A DNA stretch of 64,000 bases from Planctomycetota bacterium (lineage in GTDB: Bacteria; Planctomycetota; PLA2; JAEUHO01), in NCBI GenBank assembly GCA_965223505.1, contig CBDCWP010000041.1:100994-164993 (forward strand). The letters are read 5' to 3'. Below, one piece after another: positions 9,209 through 18,707 of this stretch; position 1 is the stretch's first letter, and the number at the start of each line of letters is the position of its first letter. Under the pieces are notes generated by a model, which worked only from the letters and a program-made list of their open reading frames with translations, did no database searches and was not told the DNA's origin. The position numbers and the translations under genes were made by a program.

Positions 9209-10294
9209 ATGGAGGCAGGCCAGATCGCCGTCACTGCATCGCGGCCGCGGACGCTCACCACGACCGAGCGCAACTGGCTCTGGGCGCTCGCCATCGTCGT
9301 CGGCAGCGCGCTGTTCTTCTGGCTGCTCTACGCCGCGGAGCAGCGCTGGGGGCACACGGTGCGCGAAGAGCGCCTGGTGTGGCACGCGGTCGAGACGTCG
9401 ATGCGCTATCTGGCGCTTTCGCACTTCCTCGTCGCGATCCTCTTCATGACGACGTCGCGCTCGATGCGCAAGGCCAGCTCGTGGGCGTGGTTCGCCGGGC
9501 TCGCGATGTTCGGCACCGGACTGTCGATGGCGTTCGCATCGGCCGGCGGGCTCGAGATGCACGTCGCGGCCGCGCTCTTCTACACGTACTTCCTCGTGCA
9601 CGAGTTCCGCGACCAGGCGTTCTTCTACCGCGTGAACGGCGACGCGCCCAAGGACGCGGACCCCGACGAGCTGCGCAAGACGCTCTGGACCGTGCCCGCG
9701 GTCGTGATGGGATTGATCGGCACGATCTTCTTCGCCGGCGCCGCGTTCGAGATCGGCGGCGCGCGCCGCTACACCGAAGCCGTCTTCGGCGACCTGCCGC
9801 AGACGGCGCGCTACGTGATCGGCGCGCTGCCGATCGCCGCGATGATCGTCGTGACGCACCTCTTGCGGCGGTCGTACGCCAGGAAACACCCGGGCGGGAT
9901 CAGCGGGTTCGCGCGCGCGAACCGCCCGATCCTCTTCGTCTTCGGCGGCATCCTCGCCGTGCTGATCGCGGACATCATCATCACGGGTCGCGTCTACGCG
10001 ATCGTGACGCTGCACGTGACCGCCTGGTACGTGTTCGTCGTGCGCGGCTTCGCGAAGCGGCCGCCACCGGAACCGCGGCCGCGCGCCTTCACGTGGACGT
10101 GGATGCGCTCGACGCTGGCGGGGTTCAACTTCCTCCACATCGGCATGCTCGTGCTCGTCATGGCCGCCGGCGCCGTCTGGGCATACGGGTTCGACAACAG
10201 CGCGTCGCAGTCGTTCTTTTGGGTGCTGCTCTCGCGCGAGGCCTTCCCGTTCTGGACGATCATGCACGTGTCCGTCTCGTTCCTGCCCCGGTAG
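9209..10294 (+). CDS. Polytopic membrane protein with several membrane-associated His residues
   Basis: About 9-10 TM segments; LSHF, VHEFRD, LHVTAW, LHI, MHV. Confidence 0.8.
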   Translation: MEAGQIAVTASRPRTLTTTERNWLWALAIVVGSALFFWLLYAAEQRWGHTVREERLVWHAVETSMRYLALSHFLVAILFMTTSRSMRKASSWAWFAGLAMFGTGLSMAFASAGGLEMHVAAALFYTYFLVHEFRDQAFFYRVNGDAPKDADPDELRKTLWTVPAVVMGLIGTIFFAGAAFEIGGARRYTEAVFGDLPQTARYVIGALPIAAMIVVTHLLRRSYARKHPGGISGFARANRPILFVFGGILAVLIADIIITGRVYAIVTLHVTAWYVFVVRGFAKRPPPEPRPRAFTWTWMRSTLAGFNFLHIGMLVLVMAAGAVWAYGFDNSASQSFFWVLLSREAFPFWTIMHVSVSFLPR

Positions 10295-10403
10295 CGGGGC
10301 TGCACGCGCCGCGCGCGACGTTCGCCATCGGTTTCGATGGCTGAAATCCACGCACATTCGAACGGGTTTACGCCGGATCCCCGGGTGCGGATATCGTCGC
10401 GGC

Positions 10404-11750
10404 ATGGACGCCAACCTGCCGGTCCACTTCGGACGACGCGTCATCGCGAGCATCGTGTTGATCGCGGTGGTGCTGTTCGCCGGGTTCACGGGCTACAAGA
10501 AGCTCGCGGGCATGCGCGAGGATAGCGCGCGCTCGGCCGGCGACGTCCCGCCCCCGCTGGTCAGGCAGGGCGTGGCGGCGCGCGGGGACTACAAGGAGAC
10601 GCTGCGCGGCTACGGGCGCGCCCGGGCGATTCGCCGCACGAGCGTTTCCGCCGAGGTCGCCGGAACGATCACCTGGGTTGCGCCCGCGCTGGAGGCGGGC
10701 GCTGCGATCGAGTTCGATCCGCCGGCGCGCACCAACGGGGACGCGCCGAAGAACGGAGACCGGCCGCCCGCGGGGCCCGAGGTCGTGCGCATCGACGACG
10801 AGGACTTGCAGGACCTGCACGCCCGCGCGCTCGCCGAACAGGCGGCCGCCGCGTCCGACATTCGCCGGCTCGAGACGCTGCACACGAGCGTCGAAGCGCG
10901 TCTGAAGGTCGCGCAGGAGGAGTACGACGTCGCGACGCGCGAGTACGAGCGCGTCGCGGGACTCGTCGCGCGAGGGCGGCTTGGCAAGAGCGACGCCGAT
11001 CGCGAGCGACTGAAGGTCACGCTGCGTGAGCGGGCGCTGCTGGAGCTGCAGTGGTCGGACGACGAGACCGAGGAGTCGCTGAGGGCCGCGAAGGAGCGGC
11101 TGAAGGCGCGCGAGAAGGACGTCGCGCTGGCCGCGCGAAACATCGAGCGTGCCAAGATCTTCGTTCCGTTCCCGGGCCGCGTCGAGATGCGGCACGTCAA
11201 CCGCGACGACCGCGTCAACATCGGCAGCCCCATGTTCGACATCGTGGACCTGTCCAAGGTCGAGGTGCCGGTGGCGTTGCCCGCCGGGCGCTATGACGAC
11301 GTCGACGTCGGCTCGCCCGTCGTGCTTCATCGCGCGCAAACCGGCGAGGAGCTCTGGAAGGGGTCGGTCGCGCGCAAGTCGCCGCGCATCAACGACGAAG
11401 ACCGCACCTTCTTCGTCTACGTCGAGATCGGCGGCGACGCGACGTCCAATCCGGTGCCGCCCGGCACCTACGTGTTGGCCGAGGTCGACGGGAAGACGCA
11501 CACCGGCGTGGTTGCGGTTCCGCGCGAGGCCTTCGTGGGCAAGTACCTGTTCGTCGTGGACGAGCAGGACGACACGTTCGTCGCGCGGCGGGTCGAGCCG
11601 GAGGTGGAACGTCTGCTCGCCGGCGTCGCGCTGGTGCGCGGCGGCATCGACGACGGCGCGCGCTACGTGCTGACCAACCTCGAGTCGATCGCCGACGGCT
11701 CGGTCATTCGCGTCGCGGAAGACGAGGAGGCGCGCACGGCGTCGAAATGA
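10404..11750 (+). CDS. RND efflux periplasmic adaptor (membrane fusion protein)
   Basis: N-terminal TM; VSAEVAGTI...PFPGRV lipoyl halves; long coiled coil; ATGA overlap with permease. Confidence 0.9.
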   Translation: MDANLPVHFGRRVIASIVLIAVVLFAGFTGYKKLAGMREDSARSAGDVPPPLVRQGVAARGDYKETLRGYGRARAIRRTSVSAEVAGTITWVAPALEAGAAIEFDPPARTNGDAPKNGDRPPAGPEVVRIDDEDLQDLHARALAEQAAAASDIRRLETLHTSVEARLKVAQEEYDVATREYERVAGLVARGRLGKSDADRERLKVTLRERALLELQWSDDETEESLRAAKERLKAREKDVALAARNIERAKIFVPFPGRVEMRHVNRDDRVNIGSPMFDIVDLSKVEVPVALPAGRYDDVDVGSPVVLHRAQTGEELWKGSVARKSPRINDEDRTFFVYVEIGGDATSNPVPPGTYVLAEVDGKTHTGVVAVPREAFVGKYLFVVDEQDDTFVARRVEPEVERLLAGVALVRGGIDDGARYVLTNLESIADGSVIRVAEDEEARTASK

Positions 11751-14700
11751 ACCTCCCGCGCTTCTCCGTACGCAATCCCGTACCGGTCAACCTGCTGATG
11801 ATCGTCGTGATCTTCGGCGGTCTCGTCGCGGGTAGCGCGATCATCCGCGAGTTCTTCCCGAACATCGAGCCGGAGCTGGTGACGATCACCGTGCCGTATC
11901 CGGGCGCCACGCCCGAGGAGATCGAGCGCTCGGTCACGCGTCTGGTCGAGCGCGAGATCGAGGACGTCGACGGCGTGAAGGAGATTCGCTCGAGCGTCTT
12001 CGAGGGTCTCACGGTGATCGCAATCGAGCTCGACGACGGGGTCGATCGCAACCGCGTCGTCAACGACCTGCGCGGCGAGGTCGACAAGGTCATCCCGGAC
12101 CTGCCGGACGACGCGGAGGAGCCGGAGATCTCCGAGGCGCGGCCGTTCATCCCCGTGATCGCGGTCGTCGTGTCCGGGGACGTGACCGAAGACAAGCTCC
12201 ACACCGTGGTCGAGCAGGTCCAGGACGAGTTGCTGGACCTCGAGGAGGTCACCGAGTCGCTGGTGACCGGCTTCCGGAAGCGCGAGTTCCTAGTGGAGAT
12301 CCAGCCGGACCGCCTCGAGGAGTACGGCATCACTTTCGAGCAGGTGGGACGCGCGGTCGGCGCGCTCAACGTCGACGTCCCGGGCGGACAGCTCAAGGGT
12401 GACCGCACGAACATCCGCGTGCGCACGGTCGGCGAGGAGCGCGTGACCCACGAGCTCGAGAATCGCGTGGTGCTCGCGAGTCCCGACGGCACCGCGGTTC
12501 GGCTGGGCGACGTCGCGCGCGTGATGCCGGGCTTCGAGGACAAGACGGAGCGCGGCAGCTTCCTGCGGATTCGCGAGACCGACTCGACGACGGCGACGCG
12601 AAAAGACGAGCGCGCGCCGACGACCGGTCAGTCCGCCGCGTCGATCACGGTGTTCAAGACGCCCGAGCAGGACGCGATCAAGATCGCAGAGCGCGTGCGC
12701 GCCTTCGTCGCCGACGCGCCGACGCGCATGGGCGGCGCGGTCAAGCTCGAGACGACGACGGACCTGTCGCGCCTGATCCAGCAGCGCATCGACCTGATGA
12801 CGCGCAACGCGATCGCCGGGCTGATCCTGGTGCTGATCTGCCTGGCCGTGTTCCTGGAGCTGCGCATCGCGATCTGGGTCGCGCTCGGCCTGGGCTTCGC
12901 CTTCATGGGCACGTTCATCGTGATGTACTTCACGGGCCAGACGATCAACCTCATCAGCCTGTTCGGCTTGATCGTCGTGCTGGGCCTGATCGTCGACGAC
13001 GCCATCGTCATCGCGGAGAACATCTTCCGCAGGCGGCGGGAGGGAATGCCGCCGCTCGAAGCCGCGGAGAAGGGCACGAACGAGGTCGCCGTGCCGGTGA
13101 TCACGGCGGTGCTCACGACGTGCGCGGCATTCGGTCCCCTGGCGTTCATCGAAGGCCGGATGGGCGACTTCCTGGGTGTCTTGCCGGGCGTCGTCATCTG
13201 CGCGCTGGGCGTCTCGCTCATCGAGGCGTTCCTGATCCTGCCGCGGCACCTCGCGCACGGACGCCACGGCCCGCCCTCCGACAACGCGTTCTCGCGGTTC
13301 TTCGCCAAGTGGCGCACGGTGCGACATCGGTTCTTCGAGGAGACGTTGCCAGGCATCCTGGGGCGGTCGCTGCGCTTCCTCATTCGCTGGCGGTACGTGT
13401 CGGTCGCCACGATGTTCGTCACGGTCATTCTGATGGCCGGGCTGGTCGTCGGCGGCATCGTTCCGTTCGTCCTGCTGCAGGACACCGATGCCGAGACGAT
13501 CACGTCGAAGCTGGAAATGGCGGCCGGTACGCCGGAGGCGCGCACGATCGAGACGCTGTCGAGGATCGAGCAGATCGTCGCGGCGCAGCCCGAGGTCGGC
13601 ACGGTCTTCACCGTCGTCGGCACGTCCTTCGGCGATCGCGGCAGACAGGTCGCTTCGGACCCCGCGGTCGTCGGACAGATCACGATCGAGCTCTTGTCCG
13701 CCGAGAGCCGCGAGCTGGACGGTCTGCGCACGTCGACCGACCTGTTGACGGCACTTCGGCGCGAGACGGCGCAGCTCCCCGGCGTGCGTCGGATTTCGTT
13801 CACCTCCCAGGGCGGCGGTCCGCAGGGCGCCGACCTCGAGGTGCGCGTGCGCAGCACGAACCTCGAGGACCTGCGGAAGGGCGTCGCGTACGTGCGCGAC
13901 AAGATGGCTGCGTTCTCCGGCGTCTCGGAGATCTACGACGACCTCGAGCTGGGAAAGCTCGAAGCCCGGCTGCGCCTGCGGCCCGAGGCCCGGCTGATGG
14001 GGCTGAGCACCGTCGATGTCGCCGTGCAGGTGCGGCACGCGCTGTTCGGGTTCGAGGCGCAGGACCTGCAGATCGGCAACGAAGAGGTGACGGTGCGCGT
14101 GATGCTGCCGGAGCAGCGACGACGCAACCTGGAGGACCTCGGGACGCTTCGCATCGCGCTGCCGAACGGGCGCCGAGTTCCCATCGAAGAGCTCGTCACG
14201 TTCACGACGGACCGCGGGTACGCGTCGCTCTCGCGCGTCGACGGCAAGCGCGCGGCGACGATCAAGGCCGAGGTCGATCAGCGCACGGCGAACACGGCGC
14301 AGATCACGGCGGAGCTGCAGCGGGACATCGCGGACATCGGCGAGCGCTTTCCGGGCGTATCGGTGACGTTCGAAGGCGCGCGCAAGGAGACGCGCGAGTC
14401 GGTCGGCTCGCTCTTCTACCTGTTCCCGGCCGCCCTGCTGTTCATCTTCGCGATCATCGCCGTGCTCTTCCGATCGTATCTGCAGCCGATCGTGGTGATG
14501 GCGGCGATCCCGTTCGCGATGGTGGGCGCGATCGTCGGGCACTTCCTCATGGGGTACCCGTTCACCATCCTCTCGATGATCGGGTTGGTGGCGCTGGCGG
14601 GCATCGTGGTGAACGACGGGCTGATCCTGGTCGACTTCATCAATCGCCGGCGGCGCAAGGGCCAGCAGCTCGAAGCGGCGGTGGTGGACGCGGCGAAGGG

Positions 14701-14992
14701 GCGCATGCGTCCGATCCTGCTCACGTCGATCACGACGTGCGCGGGCCTGGCGCCGCTGATGCTCGAGACCAGCTTCCAGGCGCAGTTCCTGATCCCGATG
14801 GCGGTGTCGATCGTCTTCGGGCTCGCGTTCGCGACCGGCATCATCCTCGTGCTGATCCCGTTGCTCGTGATCATCCTCGAGGACGTGCGGGCGTGTCTGC
14901 GCTGGTTGTTCGGCGGTCCGTGGAGCCGGCAGCTCGGCTACGACCCCGCGGCGGGGGTGGGCGCGTCGAGCAGCGAGCTATCGGACGGCTAG
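11747..14992 (+). CDS. RND efflux permease (AcrB/AcrD/AcrF family)
   Basis: REFFP, YPGATPEEIE, GLIVDDAIVIAENI, GIVVNDGLILVD, RMRPILLTS; 1081 aa. Confidence 0.95.
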   Translation: MNLPRFSVRNPVPVNLLMIVVIFGGLVAGSAIIREFFPNIEPELVTITVPYPGATPEEIERSVTRLVEREIEDVDGVKEIRSSVFEGLTVIAIELDDGVDRNRVVNDLRGEVDKVIPDLPDDAEEPEISEARPFIPVIAVVVSGDVTEDKLHTVVEQVQDELLDLEEVTESLVTGFRKREFLVEIQPDRLEEYGITFEQVGRAVGALNVDVPGGQLKGDRTNIRVRTVGEERVTHELENRVVLASPDGTAVRLGDVARVMPGFEDKTERGSFLRIRETDSTTATRKDERAPTTGQSAASITVFKTPEQDAIKIAERVRAFVADAPTRMGGAVKLETTTDLSRLIQQRIDLMTRNAIAGLILVLICLAVFLELRIAIWVALGLGFAFMGTFIVMYFTGQTINLISLFGLIVVLGLIVDDAIVIAENIFRRRREGMPPLEAAEKGTNEVAVPVITAVLTTCAAFGPLAFIEGRMGDFLGVLPGVVICALGVSLIEAFLILPRHLAHGRHGPPSDNAFSRFFAKWRTVRHRFFEETLPGILGRSLRFLIRWRYVSVATMFVTVILMAGLVVGGIVPFVLLQDTDAETITSKLEMAAGTPEARTIETLSRIEQIVAAQPEVGTVFTVVGTSFGDRGRQVASDPAVVGQITIELLSAESRELDGLRTSTDLLTALRRETAQLPGVRRISFTSQGGGPQGADLEVRVRSTNLEDLRKGVAYVRDKMAAFSGVSEIYDDLELGKLEARLRLRPEARLMGLSTVDVAVQVRHALFGFEAQDLQIGNEEVTVRVMLPEQRRRNLEDLGTLRIALPNGRRVPIEELVTFTTDRGYASLSRVDGKRAATIKAEVDQRTANTAQITAELQRDIADIGERFPGVSVTFEGARKETRESVGSLFYLFPAALLFIFAIIAVLFRSYLQPIVVMAAIPFAMVGAIVGHFLMGYPFTILSMIGLVALAGIVVNDGLILVDFINRRRRKGQQLEAAVVDAAKGRMRPILLTSITTCAGLAPLMLETSFQAQFLIPMAVSIVFGLAFATGIILVLIPLLVIILEDVRACLRWLFGGPWSRQLGYDPAAGVGASSSELSDG

Positions 14993-15027
14993 GCGACGCG
15001 GCTCAGCGCGGCGCCGCGCGGGAGGAC

Positions 15028-15144
15028 TTAGCGCCAGATGTCCGCCGACGGCGGACAGTTCGGTCCCGTTCACCCGCCGGAGGTGCAGCCGGCAAGAAAC
15101 GCGGCCGCAGTGGTGACGACGAGTAGGGCAAGAAGCTTGCGCAT
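15028..15144 (-). CDS. Candidate 38-aa selenocysteine-containing lipopeptide (in-frame TGA at 15072-15070)
   Basis: GGGAG RBS; MRKLLALLVVTTAAAFLAG|CTSGG[TGA]TGPNCPPSADIWR-TAA; canonical LAGC lipobox; SECIS-like hairpin follows TGA. Confidence 0.65.
15039..15057 (-). promoter_or_regulatory. SECIS-like hairpin downstream of TGA 15072-15070
   Basis: TGTCCGCC-GTC-GGCGGACA perfect 8-bp stem; G-first 3-nt loop starting 20 nt after UGA; no U-tract. Confidence 0.55.
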
Positions 15145-15209
15145 GAATGTCTCCCTCGAGGCGGCGCAAGGGTGGGCTGCCGCGTCGATTCCGTATGCCT
15201 TGCTTCCCG

Positions 15210-15234
15210 TACGTCCCGCGCAACAGGAAGTTGG
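15210..15234 (-). promoter_or_regulatory. Possible ECF-type promoter upstream of the lipopeptide gene
   Basis: ccAAC-N16-CGTA matches the generic ECF AAC/CGT consensus; motif is short, so chance match is possible. Confidence 0.3.
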
Positions 15235-15242
15235 TCAGGAAA

Positions 15243-16802
15243 TCAATCGGCTTCGAAGAGCGCCTTCGCCACCGCGGTGTCGATCTTGGCACCGACGTCG
15301 GTCTCGGCGGTGAGGAGGGTCGCGTTGTCGTAGGCGGCCGCGGCGGCCTGGGCGAGCGCGTGCGCGTCACCGAATCCGACGAACGCGAGCTTGTGCGACG
15401 CCACGAGTCGTGCCGGCGCGGCGTCGATGTAGCGCTCGGGGTCCTTCACGCCGGCAGGCAGGATCAGCACCCCCATGCCGCGGTCTACGGCGACGTTCAC
15501 GAGGCCGTGGAAAGCGCCGAACGAGCGCTCGGAGCGGAACACGACGAGCAGGCCCTTGAACAAGCCGCGCGCGCCGGGCGCGACCATGGCCTCCTTGCCC
15601 CCGACGCGGATGCGCGTGGGCAGCGCCTGGTTGCCGAGATCGGCCGGTAGGCGGGTGCCTTCGCCGGCGATGCCGAGGATGGCGTCCGTGGCCGCGCGGG
15701 AGAGCACGGCGCACTCGAGTCGATCTTCGAGCTTCTTCAGGTCCTCGAGCAGATCGTCGGCGCCGTTGGCTTGCATGAGGCGTAGGCAGCCGAGCACGAC
15801 GTAGCCTTGCTCGCTCTCGACGCGCAATGCCTCGACGTCCCCCATCAGGATCCCGCGCAGCAGATCACGGCAGGCCTGATGCGGTTCGGCCGAGACCAGC
15901 GCCTCGGCGCTGGCACTGCGCGCTTCGGGATGCTTGTCGAGCGCCATGACGAGCCGGCGCAGCAGATCACCGGTGTCCTTGACGCCGTAGCGGCCGAGGA
16001 AGCGCGCGGTGACCTCCGCGTTGTGACGAAGCCCGTCGCTGGAGACGCTCTCGAAGGTGTCGTCGGAGTCGAGGAACGACTCGAGGTCGCTGCTCGCGCT
16101 CGTGAGCGAGCGAAACTCGTTGCTGCGACGAACGAGCTCCATCGACTCTTCGGCGGTGCGGTCGGCGCCGTCCCACGGCTGGACACCGTCCAGATGCACG
16201 ATGCCGAAGTGGTCGCCGTGCTCAACGACGCGGATGTAGCGCTCGCCGTCGTAGCGCCCGAACAGCGCGACGCGCTGGCCCGGTTGGATGCTGGCGGGAA
16301 AGCGGCAGGAGCGCCCTTTGGCGTCGCCGAAGATCGTCTCCTCGACGCGCAGACGCAGCACGCCGTTGAAGCGCTCAGTGGTGCCGATCAGCAACACGTC
16401 GCTCGAGCGGGCGAGGTCCTTCGCCGAGATCTGCTGTGCGGCGTAGGCCGTCGGCAGGAACAGGTCGTCGTCGGCCTGGTTGAAAAACGCGACCGACGCG
16501 CCGACGGCGACGAGCACGCAGGCGGCGACGGCGAGGCGGGGCAGCGTGAGTGCTCGCTTGCGGCGCGCGACTCGCTCCGGCTGGCCGGTGACGGCGCGCA
16601 GGATGTTGTCCTTGACGTGGCACGGCGCGGGCTTGGGATCGACGGCCTTGCGTACGAGGCGCACCATCTCTTCGGCTTCGCGGTACTGACGCGCCCAATC
16701 GGGCGAGGTGCGGATCAGGTGTTCGAGCCGCGCCTCTTCTTCGGGCGTGAGGACGCCGGCCAGGTGTCGATCGATCAGTTGCTTGTCATCCGAGGTGTTC
16801 AT
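15243..16802 (-). CDS. Putative anti-sigma factor with TM helix and large extracytoplasmic (HEAT-like) region
   Basis: N-terminal anti-sigma-like LIDRHLAGVLTPEEEARLEHLI; single TM; TGATG coupling to the ECF sigma. Confidence 0.8.
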   Translation of the reverse strand: MNTSDDKQLIDRHLAGVLTPEEEARLEHLIRTSPDWARQYREAEEMVRLVRKAVDPKPAPCHVKDNILRAVTGQPERVARRKRALTLPRLAVAACVLVAVGASVAFFNQADDDLFLPTAYAAQQISAKDLARSSDVLLIGTTERFNGVLRLRVEETIFGDAKGRSCRFPASIQPGQRVALFGRYDGERYIRVVEHGDHFGIVHLDGVQPWDGADRTAEESMELVRRSNEFRSLTSASSDLESFLDSDDTFESVSSDGLRHNAEVTARFLGRYGVKDTGDLLRRLVMALDKHPEARSASAEALVSAEPHQACRDLLRGILMGDVEALRVESEQGYVVLGCLRLMQANGADDLLEDLKKLEDRLECAVLSRAATDAILGIAGEGTRLPADLGNQALPTRIRVGGKEAMVAPGARGLFKGLLVVFRSERSFGAFHGLVNVAVDRGMGVLILPAGVKDPERYIDAAPARLVASHKLAFVGFGDAHALAQAAAAAYDNATLLTAETDVGAKIDTAVAKALFEAD

Positions 16803-17365
16803 CACTCGCTCACCAGGTGTTTGAGCTGCGACCGCAGTACGCGGTTCGCGCGGAAGATCTGACTGACGACCGTGCCGACGGGGACCCCCAGCATGCGGCT
16901 GATCGTCTTGACCGGCAGTCCCTGCCCGTAGCGCAGGAGGACGACCGGTCGAAAGTGTTCGGGAAGAGAGGCGATGGCGGCGTGGATCTGCGTGCGCGTC
17001 GACGCGCGATCGTTGAAGCGGCTGTCGTCGTCCGCGCCTTCGTCGGGCAGGACGGAGGCGAGGTCGTCGCTGAGCGCGGGGCGCCGGGGTCGGCGGCGAG
17101 CGATCTCGACGCAGCTTCGAACGACGATGGTGAACAGCCACCCGCCGAAGCGAGCGGGGTCGCGCAGGTGATCGAGCTTGCGAAACGCTAGGATGAACGC
17201 GTCCTGTGCTGCGTCTTCGGCGTCGCCCCAGTTGCGGGTGCGTTGGTAGGCGAGGGCGAGCGCTTGACTCCAGTGCCGGTCGACGATCCGGTCGAAGGCC
17301 TCGCGCCGTCCGGCGCGGGCTTCTTCGACGAGCTGTGCGTCGGTCGGGACGTGGACTCCGGACAT
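16802..17365 (-). CDS. ECF RNA polymerase sigma-70 factor
   Basis: Region 2 DAEDAAQDAFILAF...FGGWLFTI; region 4 LPEHFRPVVLLRY...LGVPVGTVVSQIFRA; GGGGAG RBS. Confidence 0.92.
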   Translation of the reverse strand: MSGVHVPTDAQLVEEARAGRREAFDRIVDRHWSQALALAYQRTRNWGDAEDAAQDAFILAFRKLDHLRDPARFGGWLFTIVVRSCVEIARRRPRRPALSDDLASVLPDEGADDDSRFNDRASTRTQIHAAIASLPEHFRPVVLLRYGQGLPVKTISRMLGVPVGTVVSQIFRANRVLRSQLKHLVSE

Positions 17366-17716
17366 GAACTCCCCTTCCCGCGCGGAGGCGGGAAACGAAC
17401 CGCAAAGTACCGCTTCAAGGACGCAGGCCCGTGGGGCCCAATTGCTGCAATTGCACGCCACGGGCGCGCATCGCGGGGCTCGCGACGCCGACCGTCGGGA
17501 CGAAAGGCCCTCCGGGGCCCCCCATACGTCACATCGCGCGAGCGCGGCGGGGGGATACGGACTCTCGAAACCGTGTGATGCCGGCGATCCAGGCGCGGTC
17601 GAGCGTCGCTCCTGCGAGTCGTGCGTCGGGAGGCCGCCCGGGCTCGGCGCGCGCAAGTCACGCAATGCGCCGTCGTCCAATGCTTGCAGTCGGCGTTGTT
17701 TCTGGAGGGCGTTGCG

Positions 17717-18112
17717 ATGGACCGCGAACGCGAAGGTGGCTTCACGTTGATCGAGATCATGGTGGTGCTCGTGATCCTGGGCGGCTTGGTGGCGGTGGTC
17801 TCGGTGAACGTGATCGGCGTGCGGGACGAGGCGGACATCGAAACGGCGAAGACGCAGATGGCGAGCATGGGCCAGGCCATCGAGATCTACCGCATGCGGT
17901 ACCGCAGCGTTCCGGACGCGCTGGAGATCCTGACGGAGGACGACGAGCGGTACGGTCGTGCGTTGCTGGCGCGGATTCCGCGCGACCCGTGGAACCAGGA
18001 GTACGAGTACCGGCGGCTCGGGCGGCAGACCTACGAGATCCGCTGCTACGGCGGGGACGGCGAGGCGGACACGGAGGACGACCTGGTGCATCCGTGGACG
18101 GAGGACCGCTAG
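17717..18112 (+). CDS. gspG: Type II secretion major pseudopilin GspG-like
   Basis: Prepilin motif G|FTLIEIMVVLVILG; DPWNQEYEY and YGGDGEADTEDD C-terminal motifs. Confidence 0.85.
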   Translation: MDREREGGFTLIEIMVVLVILGGLVAVVSVNVIGVRDEADIETAKTQMASMGQAIEIYRMRYRSVPDALEILTEDDERYGRALLARIPRDPWNQEYEYRRLGRQTYEIRCYGGDGEADTEDDLVHPWTEDR

Positions 18113-18120
18113 GGTCGAGC

Positions 18121-18207
18121 TGGTGGGCCCGCTGGGACTCGAACCCAGATGGGCTTGCGCCCCGCGGATTTTAAGTCCGCTGCGTATACCAATTCCGCCA
18201 CAGGCCC
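18121..18207 (-). tRNA. tRNA-Leu (anticodon UAA)
   Basis: GGGCCTG...GCGGA-CT-TAA-AA-TCCGC, long variable arm, GGTTCGAGTCC, encoded CCA; 87 nt. Confidence 0.97.
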
Positions 18208-18310
18208 GGGGAACCAGTCGTGCGGGGCGACTGTACCGCGGCGCCGTTCGGCCCGCACGGGCCCTGGCTTGCGTTCGCCGGATTCGGGGGTTTGCTGTGC
18301 ATCTTGGCGG

Positions 18311-18384
18311 GGCACCGTGGCCGAGTGGTTAGGCAACGGATTGCAAATCCGTGTACTCCGGTTCGATTCCGGACGGTGCCTCCA
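18311..18384 (+). tRNA. tRNA-Cys (anticodon GCA)
   Basis: GGCACCG...ACGGA-TT-GCA-AA-TCCGT...GGTTCGATTCC...CGGTGCC-T-CCA; U73 discriminator; 74 nt. Confidence 0.97.
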
Positions 18385-18707
18385 TCTTCCGCGCTCGGCG
18401 CTGATTGTTCCGCCCTGTGCGAGTCAGTCGGCTTCGGTATCTGCTCGGTCGTAGCGCCTGGCGCCCACTGACAACGAGACGGCAAGCGCCCGCGCATACG
18501 ATCCGCTTCGCGGAGATACGGAGCCCGTATCTGCGCAATATTCGTCGATCGCGGCCCGTTGAACATCGAACAGAAAATCCGGGCTCGGTATCACGCCGCG
18601 AGGCGACGAAACACCGGTCGGCCTTCTCCGCCCTACCTTCCGAGAGAGACTCCGCCGCCGGCGAGTGGTCCCTCCCGCCCACTTGCTACAACGGCGGAGA
18701 TGCTGTG

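Noticed and set aside
18109..18707. ORFs over the tRNAs and the N-terminal extension of the TIR ORF from 18405
   Set aside because: They overlap tRNA genes or non-coding-looking DNA; the TIR domain begins at ATG 18708
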